From: an uncultured Eubacteriales bacterium
GTDB lineage: Bacteria > Acidobacteriota > Aminicenantia > Aminicenantales > Aminicenantaceae
Assembly (NCBI GenBank): GCA_964406575.1
Contig: CAYOSH010000009.1
Span: forward strand, 35,014-99,013
Length of the DNA stretch: 64,000 nt
Direction of reading: 5' to 3'
Part shown: positions 16,805 to 26,492 of the stretch, piece by piece
Position numbering within the stretch: the first letter of the stretch is position 1
Layout: each line of letters opens with the position of its first letter
Program-made: the position numbers and the translations under genes
Notes under the pieces: generated by a model
Told to the model about the DNA's origin: nothing
The model's database searches: none
The model's input: the letters and a program-made list of their open reading frames with translations, nothing else

Positions 16805-17164
16805 TTATTTCACACGATAGAACCACATCAGCGGCAGCCAGAGCTGGTGCCCGTACGGGATTTTTTTATGGTTGATCAAAACGTCCGTTGTGTCCCAGTC
16901 ATGCACGAGGTTGAATAATTCAAATAGGTCTTCCACATCCTCGGGCGTATAAGTGGCGGAATGGCGGATCCACTCACCCTCCCCCTTTTCCGAATAAGTG
17001 GGATTCCTATGGGCAAGATCGACCGCCTTTTCGTAGTTCGGAGAGGTTTTATATCCGAATTCGATAGTGATCTTAAATTCTTTGGCGTGATCACTGGGGT
17101 GGAGGATAGAATCCAGTTTTTCCTCGGTAGCTTTATCATTTCCGTTTTTTTTCCATTCGCTCAT
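16805..17164 (-). CDS. hypothetical protein (119 aa), no recognised family
   Basis: Isolated ORF with non-repetitive composition (…WIRHSATYTPEDVEDLFELFNLVHDWDTTDVLINHKKIPYGHQLWLPLMWFY). No family recognised. Confidence 0.5.
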   Translation of the reverse strand: MSEWKKNGNDKATEEKLDSILHPSDHAKEFKITIEFGYKTSPNYEKAVDLAHRNPTYSEKGEGEWIRHSATYTPEDVEDLFELFNLVHDWDTTDVLINHKKIPYGHQLWLPLMWFYRVK

Positions 17165-17264
17165 GTATTCGATCCTCGTGCGCTAACGTGTTGTCAGTAT
17201 ATAAAATAGTCGTTCGGTTTGGCAATACCAAATGTTATGCTCTATCCTTGAGGCACTTCTTCAA

Positions 17265-18794
17265 TTATTTCTTCTCAAGCTTTTTCAGCATCTCTATGGC
17301 GTTGGTATTATCCGGATTAAGCCCGAGGGATTTTTTATAATTTTTGATCGCACGTTCGGTGTCGCCGCTGTTCATATATGCTTCGGCCAGACTGTCATAC
17401 ACATTCGCCGATTCGGGGTACAGCGCCATATTCAGTTTGAAAATCTCTATGGCTGCCGTTATTTTTCCGGCACCCATCAGTCGGTATCCCAGGGCATTAA
17501 ACTCGCTTTCCTCAAAATATAGCTTATTTGCGGGGTCGGATTTTATCTCCCTATACTTTTCCAGGCCTGCTTCAATACCGTTTTTGTTGATGACCTGTTC
17601 AATTCGATAGGCCGCTGAACCACCGATCATTCTTTCCACTTGGTCTAGCCGACTGTGGATCATGACCGCATCAACATCTTGAATCTCCAGAAATTTTTTG
17701 TAGTAATCCCTTGCTCTTTCGAGATCGCTCATTCCTCTGTAGATCTCTCCTAGCCTCCAGAGTGCATTTAATGACTTGGGATACAGGCTTAGCTCGTACT
17801 CAAAAAGCTCTATGGCATCTTTTGCTTTTCCCTCCTGGCTCAATTTGTCGCCTTCAAATGTCAGCATAAGAGATGGGGGATCAACCTCAAAACCGTAGTC
17901 CACGGACAGTTTTTCATAATAATGGATAATATCCTTCACATTGCTTGTCTGGAAATCATCAGGCAACTTATATGTGGCAAATAATGTTCTCAGCCCTTTG
18001 CTGAAAGGCATGGGAGTTATGAAATAACCGGAGGAATCACTGAATTCCATTTTAAAACGGAAGCCTTCTGGTTTTTCGGATTCAAGTAGGGTGGCAAACC
18101 TTTTCGCATATTCCAGGTCTTGGGGCCGCTCGTCTTTTTCGCATTTTACATAGAGGAAATTCTCCAGGGGCTTAGTCTTCTTGAAAAACTCCTCCGCCCT
18201 GGGATAAAGAAATTCCGTATTCTCAGGATTCATGAAAGGATTTTCTGACAGGACGGCATTAAAGAGCCCTGGTTTGGTGATGAGGGCGTAAAGACTGAAA
18301 ACAGCAGCCGCCTGGGGGCCGGCGAGTATCCGGAAATTCTTCGTCCTGTAGGTTTTGTCGATATGGGGGATCAACTCTTTCTCAAGAAACCTTAAAAAAT
18401 TATCCGCTCCTCCACCCTCACTGCGGCCCCTGGCTTTGACTGGCAGGAGATCCCTGTACCTGTTGGTGTTGGCTACACCGATGATGATCACAGGCGGAAT
18501 CTCCCCCGTCCCACCGAGTTTCTCGGTGATGATGGCTGCGTCTGCAAAATAGTTATAAATATCCACATACAAGATGTATAAAACAGGATAGTCCAATTGC
18601 GTATCCTCGTACTCCCGGGGGAGATGGACAAAGAGAAGCCTGTCTTCATCCAAAATTTGGGAATGAATCACTCTGTATTTGCCTAAGATGATGTCATCCC
18701 CATCCTTCTGAGCAAAACTCAATTGTGTTCCTAAAAAAAAGAATGCAATTAATAGAAATCCAAGCACATAATTAATCTTGGAATTTTTCATCAT
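17265..18794 (-). CDS. secreted 'putative esterase' (alpha/beta-fold, PF00756-like) domain fused to C-terminal TPR repeats
   Basis: The start is placed at the ATGATG that follows GAAGGAGG. Signal peptide MMKNSKINYVLGFLLIAFFFLGTQLSFAQ. The esterase-family core is YPVLYILY...IIIGVANTNRYRDL...FLRFLEKELIPHIDKTYRT. TPR-like repeats occupy the last ~200 aa (ALWRLGEIYRGMSDLERARDYYKKFLEI..., YDSLAEAYMNSGDTERAIKNYKKSLGLNPDN). Confidence 0.75.
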   Translation of the reverse strand: MMKNSKINYVLGFLLIAFFFLGTQLSFAQKDGDDIILGKYRVIHSQILDEDRLLFVHLPREYEDTQLDYPVLYILYVDIYNYFADAAIITEKLGGTGEIPPVIIIGVANTNRYRDLLPVKARGRSEGGGADNFLRFLEKELIPHIDKTYRTKNFRILAGPQAAAVFSLYALITKPGLFNAVLSENPFMNPENTEFLYPRAEEFFKKTKPLENFLYVKCEKDERPQDLEYAKRFATLLESEKPEGFRFKMEFSDSSGYFITPMPFSKGLRTLFATYKLPDDFQTSNVKDIIHYYEKLSVDYGFEVDPPSLMLTFEGDKLSQEGKAKDAIELFEYELSLYPKSLNALWRLGEIYRGMSDLERARDYYKKFLEIQDVDAVMIHSRLDQVERMIGGSAAYRIEQVINKNGIEAGLEKYREIKSDPANKLYFEESEFNALGYRLMGAGKITAAIEIFKLNMALYPESANVYDSLAEAYMNSGDTERAIKNYKKSLGLNPDNTNAIEMLKKLEKK

Positions 18795-18946
18795 AGCCTC
18801 CTTCATTTATCTCAATTCATCCGGTTTTAAATCCTCAATAATCCCGCATCCACCCAATAGATTTCTTAGCGTCCTGTTCTGTTGCTGCCAAAACAGAAGA
18901 GTTTTCGAAAAATTCATGCCTGATCTTGAGTCTGGATTTTCTTTAT

Positions 18947-19804
18947 TCATTTTTTCACGATCGTGTAGGACCGCCTGATGAAGGACAGCTGGGCGTGATG
19001 GATCTTTCCATTCTCATCACGGCTGAAGATCAGGGTCCAGGGCGCCTGTTTGAAATAAAAAAAATCCTTGGCTACGGGATAGATCTCATCGGGACCGAAT
19101 TCCATGATCTTTAACCGGTTCCCCTCTCTCCATACTTCGAGGAGCAAGTAATCTCCAATATAATATTTTCCTTCGTACTCATCGAGTTCGGCCTCTGAAA
19201 GCTCTACCGGATTCGGTTTTTTAAAATAGAGGTATTGGGGCGTCCGACCCATATCGTCTTTTTCGGTCATGGACACGCCTCTTTGTTTGAGCAGCGCGAT
19301 GACATTGTCGTGTCCGCTGCGGTATGCATAATGCATGGCCGTCCAGCCTTCGTTGGTTTTGATGTTCGGATTCGATCCGTGGTCGAGCAGGTATTCAACA
19401 ACATGAATATTCCCCCGCCAGATCGCCGTGTGTAGCTCTGTCATGCCCCACTGGTTGCGGATGTTAAGCCTGGCTCCTTTGTCGATTAGGATTTTGACGA
19501 TATCCACATTGTCATGATGGACGGCCCAGTTGATCTGTGTCCCCCCGTCTCCACCGACCACATTCAGGTCCGCGCCTTTTTCGATCAGATATTTGGCGAT
19601 GTCCCAATGCGCCCGGATGGCAGCCCAATGGAGAGCTGTATAGCCGTCCTCGTCCTTGGCATGGATCTTCGATGGATTGTTTTCTAGAATATCTTTTAAG
19701 GCCTGAAAATCTCCGGTTTTAGCAGCCTCCACAATGGGCTCAGCCGCAGCCATTGATAAAGTGAATACAAGAGCAAGAATGATGAACACTATGGCTTTTT
19801 TCAT
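18947..19804 (-). CDS. secreted ankyrin-repeat protein with an unassigned C-terminal beta-rich domain
   Basis: ATG at 19804 lies behind a GGAGGG RBS. Signal peptide MKKAIVFIILALVFTLSMAAA. There are at least 4 ANK repeats (GYTALHWAA..., GGTQINWAVHHDNVDIVKILIDKGA, GMTELHTAIWRGNIHVVEYLLDHGS, GWTAMHYAYRSGHDNVIALL). Confidence 0.8.
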   Translation of the reverse strand: MKKAIVFIILALVFTLSMAAAEPIVEAAKTGDFQALKDILENNPSKIHAKDEDGYTALHWAAIRAHWDIAKYLIEKGADLNVVGGDGGTQINWAVHHDNVDIVKILIDKGARLNIRNQWGMTELHTAIWRGNIHVVEYLLDHGSNPNIKTNEGWTAMHYAYRSGHDNVIALLKQRGVSMTEKDDMGRTPQYLYFKKPNPVELSEAELDEYEGKYYIGDYLLLEVWREGNRLKIMEFGPDEIYPVAKDFFYFKQAPWTLIFSRDENGKIHHAQLSFIRRSYTIVKK

Positions 19805-19997
19805 GTTTTTTCCCTCCATTTGAATATACGGATTTTTTGTCATTCGGGATATAATTTTCTTGTGGTCTCTCAAAGACATCGTTTGTTTCCAATTCAGCAA
19901 AAAGTATGCCATGATATTTGAGAATATTCAGGGGGAAGGGGGGAAATGTGCCGGCTTGTAGAGTAAATTTTTTTTACATGCCGGAAGCGGAATATTA

Positions 19998-20036
19998 AAA
20001 TCTATGAATTAAGGACCCAAATCTACGGATTAAGGA
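19998..20036. repeat. imperfect tandem direct repeat, 21-bp period
   Basis: AAATCTATGAATTAAGGA (19998-20015) and AAATCTACGGATTAAGGA (20019-20036). The repeat lies between the doxX-like stop and the ankyrin gene start. Confidence 0.6.
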
Positions 20037-20086
20037 TTCAAAAGGAGTTCTGTATTTATTCGATTCTCAAGCGTCATCGCGTTCAA

Positions 20087-20473
20087 TTACTTCGCTGTTC
20101 TGAACGCTTCCAGGCTGATTTTTCCCGCGCCATGAGACACGAGAAGGAGAAGACCTCCCATGATGGCCAGGTTCTTCATAAACATGATGACCTGTGTTTG
20201 ATCCGAGAATTCTGCGTGAAAGATCAATGTTGTCGGGATCAAAAAGAGAAATAGGACAAAAGCTCCCCATTTGACCTTGTATCCTGTGAGCACAGATAGC
20301 CCCCCCAGCAGTTCCACTGCGATCGCTCCAATGAGAAAGAGGAAAGTTAAAGGCATTCCATATTGGGCCATGTACTGCTGTGTTCCTGAAGGATTCATCA
20401 CTTTTCCTAAGCCGTTCATCAGAAAAATAAATGCAATCAAAAAACGAGCAAAAAGCTGAATCAATGCTTGCAT
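20087..20473 (-). CDS. DoxX-family integral membrane protein
   Basis: ATG at 20473 after GGAGGAGG. MQALIQLFARFLIAFIFLMNGLGK... is followed by four hydrophobic segments typical of DoxX. Confidence 0.75.
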   Translation of the reverse strand: MQALIQLFARFLIAFIFLMNGLGKVMNPSGTQQYMAQYGMPLTFLFLIGAIAVELLGGLSVLTGYKVKWGAFVLFLFLIPTTLIFHAEFSDQTQVIMFMKNLAIMGGLLLLVSHGAGKISLEAFRTAK

Positions 20474-21010
20474 GTTAGACCTCCTCCATCTGTGAAATCC
20501 CATTCCGACATCGGGATAAAAATATCAAACCAGAGTAGATAGAGTCAATAAAGATTGATAAACACTTCGTTCTGAAATAAACCTTGAAAAGGTCATCCCC
20601 AACTTTAGTACTTTCCCGAAAACTCAGAACATGGTATGGAATCAAAGCTGGGGTCATAAAATAGAGACTGCATCTTCGTCATTTTATCCTGTTCATCGAT
20701 GGGATGGTCTGTTGCGTTTCATCGGGGTGTATTTTAAGATTTCTTTTTTGTTTCTCTTGCTAATTTTTTTTTGCTTTGTTCACGAGGTCAGCGGCATGGA
20801 CAAAAGCTTGCACGTATCCTTCCATTTTAGCCTTTTTTCGCGGTCTGAAATTTTTGTGCGCTCTTTTCTCAATAGGAAGAGATTCCTGAGCCGGATGAAC
20901 ATACCTTCCAACCTATCTAATTCCAGAATCGCTTCGCTCTTCATCTCCTTGGCTATAAATTGTGATTCTTTTTTTTGTCAATAGAGCGCGTACAGTGTGT
21001 CTCAAGGAGA

Positions 21011-22060
21011 CTAGAGGATGAGCATGCAGTCCCCGTAGCTGTAGAATCTGTATTTTTGGGCGATGGCCTCTGTGTAGGCCTTTTTTAAGAGATCCAATCC
21101 GGTAAAAGCTGCGGCCAGCATCAAGAGAGTGGATTTGGGGAGGTGAAAATTGGTCAGAATTTTATCGACAACTTGAAACGTGTGGCCGGGAAAGATAAAA
21201 AGATCGGTCACATGTGTTCCTGGTATTATTCCATCTTCAGTGAAAGCGCTTTCCAGCGTGCGTACAGATGTGGTTCCCACGGCGATCACCGCTCTTTTCT
21301 CTTTTTTGGCGCGGTTTATGATTTTCGCCGCGCTTTCACTGATCGTATACGTTTCTTCGAGCATTTGGTGGTCTTCCACGCGCGTGACACGAACGGGTTG
21401 AAATGTGGCCAGGCCCACGTCCAGGGTGATTTTGACCACTTCGACGCCTTTGGCTTTGATGGAATTCAATATGACAGGAGTAAAATGAAGGCCTGCGGTG
21501 GGTGCGGCGATAGAACCTTCCTTATCCTCCTGAGCAAACACAGTCTGGTATCTCTCCAGATCCATGGATCGAATATCCCTCTGTGATCTTTTCCGCTTGA
21601 TATAGGGGGGAAGGGGGGCATAGCCTATGGTTTTAAGTTCAGAGAGGACATCCTCTGTGGAGAAGCGGATGTGTCTTCGACCCTCTGTTTCCTCTCCAAT
21701 GACCTCTCCTTGAAGGCGTGATGAAAAGTTGATGATATCGCCGCGCTTTAGTTTTTTTGCGGGGCGACAGAGGACTTCCCATGTCCCCTTTAGGATTTCT
21801 TTGAGGAAGAGAAACTCGATCTGTGCATCCTTTTTTTTGCCCCATGCTCTTGCAGGAATAACCTTCGAATTATTCAGGACCAAGACATCCCCTTTTTGGA
21901 GATAGCCCGGAAAATGCGGGAACTGGGAATGGATGATTTTGTCCTTATCGCGGTCCAGAACCATCATCCGGGATCGGTCTCTGTGTTCGAGCGGGACTTG
22001 GGCGATCCGCTCTTTAGGAAGGTCATAGTCAAAGTCTGAAACGAACAAGGGATCAATCAT
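21011..22060 (-). CDS. queA: S-adenosylmethionine:tRNA ribosyltransferase-isomerase
   Basis: MIDPLFVSDFDYDLPKERIAQ...; AAPTAGLHFT; the C-terminus YRFYSYGDCMLI is typical of QueA. Confidence 0.9.
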   Translation of the reverse strand: MIDPLFVSDFDYDLPKERIAQVPLEHRDRSRMMVLDRDKDKIIHSQFPHFPGYLQKGDVLVLNNSKVIPARAWGKKKDAQIEFLFLKEILKGTWEVLCRPAKKLKRGDIINFSSRLQGEVIGEETEGRRHIRFSTEDVLSELKTIGYAPLPPYIKRKRSQRDIRSMDLERYQTVFAQEDKEGSIAAPTAGLHFTPVILNSIKAKGVEVVKITLDVGLATFQPVRVTRVEDHQMLEETYTISESAAKIINRAKKEKRAVIAVGTTSVRTLESAFTEDGIIPGTHVTDLFIFPGHTFQVVDKILTNFHLPKSTLLMLAAAFTGLDLLKKAYTEAIAQKYRFYSYGDCMLIL

Positions 22061-23828
22061 GCCACAGATCATACTCTCTCAGAATTTGCTCTGTGGGTTC
22101 GCCTTTATCATTCCAACCCCGGACAGCATAGTATTGCTGGATGAGACCTTTAAAAAATTCTTTACCCAGGACCTGACCTCGCATGAAACCAGAGCAGGAT
22201 TTCTCCTTGAAAAAGCGTTCGGGCAAGATGTCATCCTTATATGTTCGACCATTTCTCAAGTTGTATCGTCTTGCCAAATGAGTCAGTTTCGCTCCGATCC
22301 GTATAAGAGATTCTGCCGTGTGGTCTGACCCTGTTGCCGCATTGAGCACGGGCACCAACTCCTCCAGCCCGCTGGGCACAAAATCACACACGATTATAGA
22401 GTTTCGGATATTGATCGTGTCGAGGCCGGAAGCGATCGATTGCGGGATATCTTCGATCCTGAAATCCGGACCCATCTCCGTTTCGGTGAGCCACAGCCGC
22501 GTGTGGCTGGCAAAGTCTGCCACAGAGAGGACCACACCCATTGTCAGGCATCCCAGGGGATTGACACCGGACATCTCCATCCCGAAGATGTTGATGGCGA
22601 ATTCTTCACTGCTTTTGCCGATTTTTTGGGCTGCGATTCGCGTTCCATCGGCGAAAATGTCCCCTATGCCCTGGCGATGGGCCATTTTTATGAGCAATTC
22701 TCTCTGCGCTTCGGCATTTCCCCAGGTGAGGTTGAGCCCGTTCCAATCATTCAGCAGTTCCTTTTCATAACATTCCATCGCAAACGAACATGTGACTCCT
22801 GCACTGATGGTGTCCATGCCGAGGTTATTACAGATCTCATTCGACCGTGCCAGGTCTTTACAGTCCGAGATCTCACATCCGGAACCGAGAAAAGCGGCAG
22901 ATTCATACTCGGGGCCTTCAATCTCATGGCCGTTCCATTTGGCGACCTTAGAGCAACGGATGGCGCAGTTGAAACATCCCACATCTTTCCAGCTGAGTTC
23001 CTTGCGGCACGTCTCTGAGGAGATCCCTTCGAATTTGTCAAAGACACACTTCTGGAAGTTTTTGGTGGGCAGAAACTCAAACTCCTGGCCGCTGCGCACG
23101 CATTTCATGGTTCCTTTTTCGCGGCGGAATATGACTCCGTCATTGGTCAGGATGTCTCTGGTGAGCTGCATGTTCAGCTCCATAAATTTCTCCTCGTCGG
23201 CATACTTGATGGGTTCATCTCCGTCGACCACAATCGCTTTGAGGTTCTTCGAGCCCATCACAGCGCCTGTTCCGCCTCTGCCATACTGCCTGTGTTTGTC
23301 CACGCCGATACAGGCGATCTTGACCTGGTTCTCTCCGGCAGGACCGATACAGGCGACTCTGGGCTCGACACCGGGATGTTGATTGAGCAACATATCGTTT
23401 GTCTGAAAAATGCCCTTGCCCCAAAGAGCGGAGGCATCTCGGATATCCACGCCCTCATGAGTGAGATACAGATAAACGGGTTTGTCAGATTTTCCTGTGA
23501 TAAAGACGTAGTCATAACCGGCTGCTTTCAGACGGGGCCCAAAGCGCCCGCCACAATGGGAATCGTGTATGGACCCGGTCAAAGGAGACCTCATCACCAC
23601 ACATGTTCGAGCGCTGGTTTGGACTTTTGTCCCGGTGAAAGGACCGTTGACAAAAATGAGAGGATTTTCGGGTCCGAGAGGATCAGGGTTTGGAGCATGT
23701 TTTTCCAGAAGCGCGAATCCCAGGCCCTTGCCGCCAACGTATTCTTCGAGCAAAGCCTTATCTGTAGGTTTGATCTCATGTGTGCCTGTCGTTAGGTTGA
23801 TATAAAGACATCTGCCTGTGTAGGACAC
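22053..23828 (-). CDS. aor: aldehyde:ferredoxin oxidoreductase family (tungsten/molybdopterin AOR)
   Basis: 591 aa. GTG start after TAAGGAGG. The AOR N-domain is (GRCLYINLTTGTHEIKPTD...YVGGKGLG), with a Cys cluster at DVGCFNCAIRCSK. Its 3' end overlaps the queA start by 8 nt. Confidence 0.85.
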   Translation of the reverse strand: MSYTGRCLYINLTTGTHEIKPTDKALLEEYVGGKGLGFALLEKHAPNPDPLGPENPLIFVNGPFTGTKVQTSARTCVVMRSPLTGSIHDSHCGGRFGPRLKAAGYDYVFITGKSDKPVYLYLTHEGVDIRDASALWGKGIFQTNDMLLNQHPGVEPRVACIGPAGENQVKIACIGVDKHRQYGRGGTGAVMGSKNLKAIVVDGDEPIKYADEEKFMELNMQLTRDILTNDGVIFRREKGTMKCVRSGQEFEFLPTKNFQKCVFDKFEGISSETCRKELSWKDVGCFNCAIRCSKVAKWNGHEIEGPEYESAAFLGSGCEISDCKDLARSNEICNNLGMDTISAGVTCSFAMECYEKELLNDWNGLNLTWGNAEAQRELLIKMAHRQGIGDIFADGTRIAAQKIGKSSEEFAINIFGMEMSGVNPLGCLTMGVVLSVADFASHTRLWLTETEMGPDFRIEDIPQSIASGLDTINIRNSIIVCDFVPSGLEELVPVLNAATGSDHTAESLIRIGAKLTHLARRYNLRNGRTYKDDILPERFFKEKSCSGFMRGQVLGKEFFKGLIQQYYAVRGWNDKGEPTEQILREYDLWHD

Positions 23829-23962
23829 GTCGGCCTCCTTACCTCATCTGTTTTTATACCGAGCTTCTGATTCATCATTTTTTTTCAAACCGCTTCTTTT
23901 GTCAAGGGTGTTTGGCCGGAATTATCCGCCGCTGACAGGGGGAGAAAGACGATTGCGCACAC

Positions 23963-24991
23963 TCACTTCTTTTCAAAGAGACTCCCTTGCGGGGAGGAAG
24001 AACCGGGAGAATAACCGAGGTGTTTGTAAGCTCTAGGAGTGACTTTACGTCCGCGTACGGTGCGTTCCAGAAATCCGATCCTCATCAGAAATGGCTCGTA
24101 GATGCTCTCGATGGTGTCTTTTTCTTCGTCGATGGCTGCCGAGATGGTGTTGATGCCCACCGGACCTCCACCGAAGTTTTCGATGATGGTCGAGAGGATC
24201 TTCCTGTCCACCTCATCCAGTCCCAAGGTGTCAACTTCCATCATGTCCAGAGCTTTTATCGCCTCTTCGGCTGTGATCTTGCCCTCGGATTTGACGTCAA
24301 CGTAATCTCTGACTCTCCGCAACAGCCTGTTGGCCACTCTCGGAGTGCCTCGCGAGCGGAGCGCGATCTGAAAAGCGCCTTTGTCGTTGATATCCACATC
24401 GAGGATCGAGGCCGACCTTTTGATGATCTTCTCTAAATCTTCCACGCCATAATAATCCAGACGGTGGATAATGCCGAATCGTCCTCGGAGAGGTGCTGTG
24501 ATCCGACCTGCCCGGGTTGTCGCTCCTGCGAGAGTGAATTTTTTAAGCTGCAGCTTGTGGCTTCTCGCACTGGGTCCCTGCCCGATCAAAATGTCCAGCC
24601 GGAAGTCCTCCATGGCGGAGTAGAGGATTTCCTCGACCGATGGGTGCAACCGATGGATCTCATCGATAAAGAGCACTTCCTTGTGCTGCAAGTTGGTGAG
24701 GATCGCGGAGAGGTCACCCGTCCTTTCGATCACCGGGCCGGAGGTGGGTTTGATCCCCACGCCCATTTCCTTGGCGATGAGGAACGCTAGGCTTGTTTTT
24801 CCCAGTCCGGGAGGGCCGTAGAGCAGCACATGATCCAGGTGTTCGTCTCTTTTTTTTGCCGCTTCGATAAAGATATTGAGGTTGGATTTGATGGTCTCCT
24901 GGCCGATAAATTCCTCGAAAGTCCGGGGCCTGAGGTTGTCCTCATACAGTAGGTCCTCTTTGGTTCGTACAGGACTGAGCACGGCTTCCAT
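23963..24991 (-). CDS. ruvB: Holliday junction branch migration helicase RuvB
   Basis: [13 protein letters not shown]...[14 protein letters not shown] (Walker A)...LFIDEIHRL (Walker B region). The ATG at 24991, behind AAGGG, is preferred over the upstream TTG. Confidence 0.95.
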   Translation of the reverse strand: MEAVLSPVRTKEDLLYEDNLRPRTFEEFIGQETIKSNLNIFIEAAKKRDEHLDHVLLYGPPGLGKTSLAFLIAKEMGVGIKPTSGPVIERTGDLSAILTNLQHKEVLFIDEIHRLHPSVEEILYSAMEDFRLDILIGQGPSARSHKLQLKKFTLAGATTRAGRITAPLRGRFGIIHRLDYYGVEDLEKIIKRSASILDVDINDKGAFQIALRSRGTPRVANRLLRRVRDYVDVKSEGKITAEEAIKALDMMEVDTLGLDEVDRKILSTIIENFGGGPVGINTISAAIDEEKDTIESIYEPFLMRIGFLERTVRGRKVTPRAYKHLGYSPGSSSPQGSLFEKK

Positions 24992-25209
24992 TTGTCTGCC
25001 CTTAGTCAATGATCCATCGCTCCATCACATTATTCTCTCTTGATTCTCTAGTCTATCGAGTCTGGGCACAATTTTCAAGATATCAGTCAGGCATTCCTAG
25101 ACAGGGACATTTTTCCAAACAGTTCGTGCATGGCCCGTTCCTTCGGGGAATAGATCCACCATCGATATCTCCAAATAGGGAACGGTCACCCTCTTTTCGA
25201 TGATGCAGG

Positions 25210-25797
25210 TTAGAGTCTGGCCAGTTGTTTAAGGCTTTCTCTGAGGAGTGTTTCAAACCCGGAATCTACAGAATGTGCCTTTATGGTCTCATCCACGATC
25301 TTTTCGATCTCTTTGCGTTTAAAACCCATGTTCATAAGCGCAGAGATCAAATCCTCCCGCTCCTGAAACCCTTCGGCGTGCAGGATTCTTTCCTTTTCGA
25401 TCAATTTTTCTTGGAGCTCCAAAGCGATGCGCATAGCCGTTTTTTTGCCGATCCCGGGGATCAAAGATATACGGGCGACATCACTTCGCCTGATCGCATC
25501 TTCCAGGTCCGAAGCCTCTATGCCGGAGAGGATGTTCAATGCGATCTTTGGACCTATGCCCGATATCCCGATAAGCTTTAAAAAAATATCTTTTTCATCT
25601 TCGGAAGAAAAACCATACAGAGACAGCGAATTGTCGCTCATGTGAGTGTAGATGAGGAGCTCGGTGTGGTCGCCTGTATCACCTAACTTCAGGTAAGTGG
25701 ACAGCGGGATCAGAGCCCTGTAACCCACACCATTGATGTCGAGAATGGCCCGATTAGGTGCCTTCTGGAGAAGCTTGCCTTTTAGATATGCGATCAT
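25210..25797 (-). CDS. ruvA: Holliday junction DNA helicase subunit RuvA
   Basis: MIAYLKGKLLQK... is a canonical RuvA N-terminus, and HhH motifs are present (GIGPKIALNILS, IPGIGKKTAMRI). The upstream extension in the ORF track was trimmed. Confidence 0.9.
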   Translation of the reverse strand: MIAYLKGKLLQKAPNRAILDINGVGYRALIPLSTYLKLGDTGDHTELLIYTHMSDNSLSLYGFSSEDEKDIFLKLIGISGIGPKIALNILSGIEASDLEDAIRRSDVARISLIPGIGKKTAMRIALELQEKLIEKERILHAEGFQEREDLISALMNMGFKRKEIEKIVDETIKAHSVDSGFETLLRESLKQLARL

Positions 25798-25934
25798 CTC
25801 AACCTCTCGCTCGTATTTCTCAGGAGGATGATAACCCACAATTCTGAAAAGTTCAAATATAAGAGGGCTGATTTGAATCGCATTTTTTTGTTTGTGGTGT
25901 CTGAACGAGAGTGAGGAGCGCCATAAATGCATCT

Positions 25935-26426
25935 TTATTCAGACAGTTGGGACCTAAACGAGCGCGTGTTGATGTGGCAGAAGGCAACAGCCAGAGCGTC
26001 GGCTGCATCTGTCTCCAGGCCGTCGTCCTGAATGGCCAACAGAGCTTTGACCATAGTTATCATCTGATCTTTATCCGCCCGCCCGTAACCGGTCACGGCC
26101 TTCTTGACCTCGAGGGGTGAGTATTCAAATAATGGGCGATCCTGGGAAGCAATTGCGACCAAAGTCGCCCCTCTCACCTGGCCCAATGTGATGGCTGTCT
26201 GGATATTCTGCGCATAAAAGGGATTCTCGATGGCCACTTCATCGGGATCGTGACTTTTGATCAGGTCCTCCACACGGCAGCGAATATTATTCAACTTGTC
26301 ATGGAACGATAAGCTTCGCGACGGTTTTATGCAGCCATAACTTTGGACAGAATAGTTGTTGTCTGTGTATTCGATAATGCCGAAGCCTGTGGATTTAACG
26401 CTCGGGTCGATGCCTAGAACGATCAT
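25935..26426 (-). CDS. ruvC: crossover junction endodeoxyribonuclease RuvC
   Basis: MIVLGIDPSVKSTGFGII... and GYGRADKDQMITMVKALL are typical of RuvC. Confidence 0.9.
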   Translation of the reverse strand: MIVLGIDPSVKSTGFGIIEYTDNNYSVQSYGCIKPSRSLSFHDKLNNIRCRVEDLIKSHDPDEVAIENPFYAQNIQTAITLGQVRGATLVAIASQDRPLFEYSPLEVKKAVTGYGRADKDQMITMVKALLAIQDDGLETDAADALAVAFCHINTRSFRSQLSE

Positions 26427-26492
26427 CTTGAATGACAGGCCAAAATTAAAAGGCCAGAAGTTTGAGAGGGTTTAATACACACTTCGTTTAAT

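Noticed and set aside
20631-20984. A 117-aa plus-strand ORF, and a 54-aa minus-strand ORF (20780..20944), in the doxX-queA intergenic region.
   Set aside because: The plus-strand ORF is Phe/Leu/Ser-rich low complexity without an RBS. The minus-strand ORF has its SD fused directly to the ATG and has no recognisable family. The evidence is insufficient for either.
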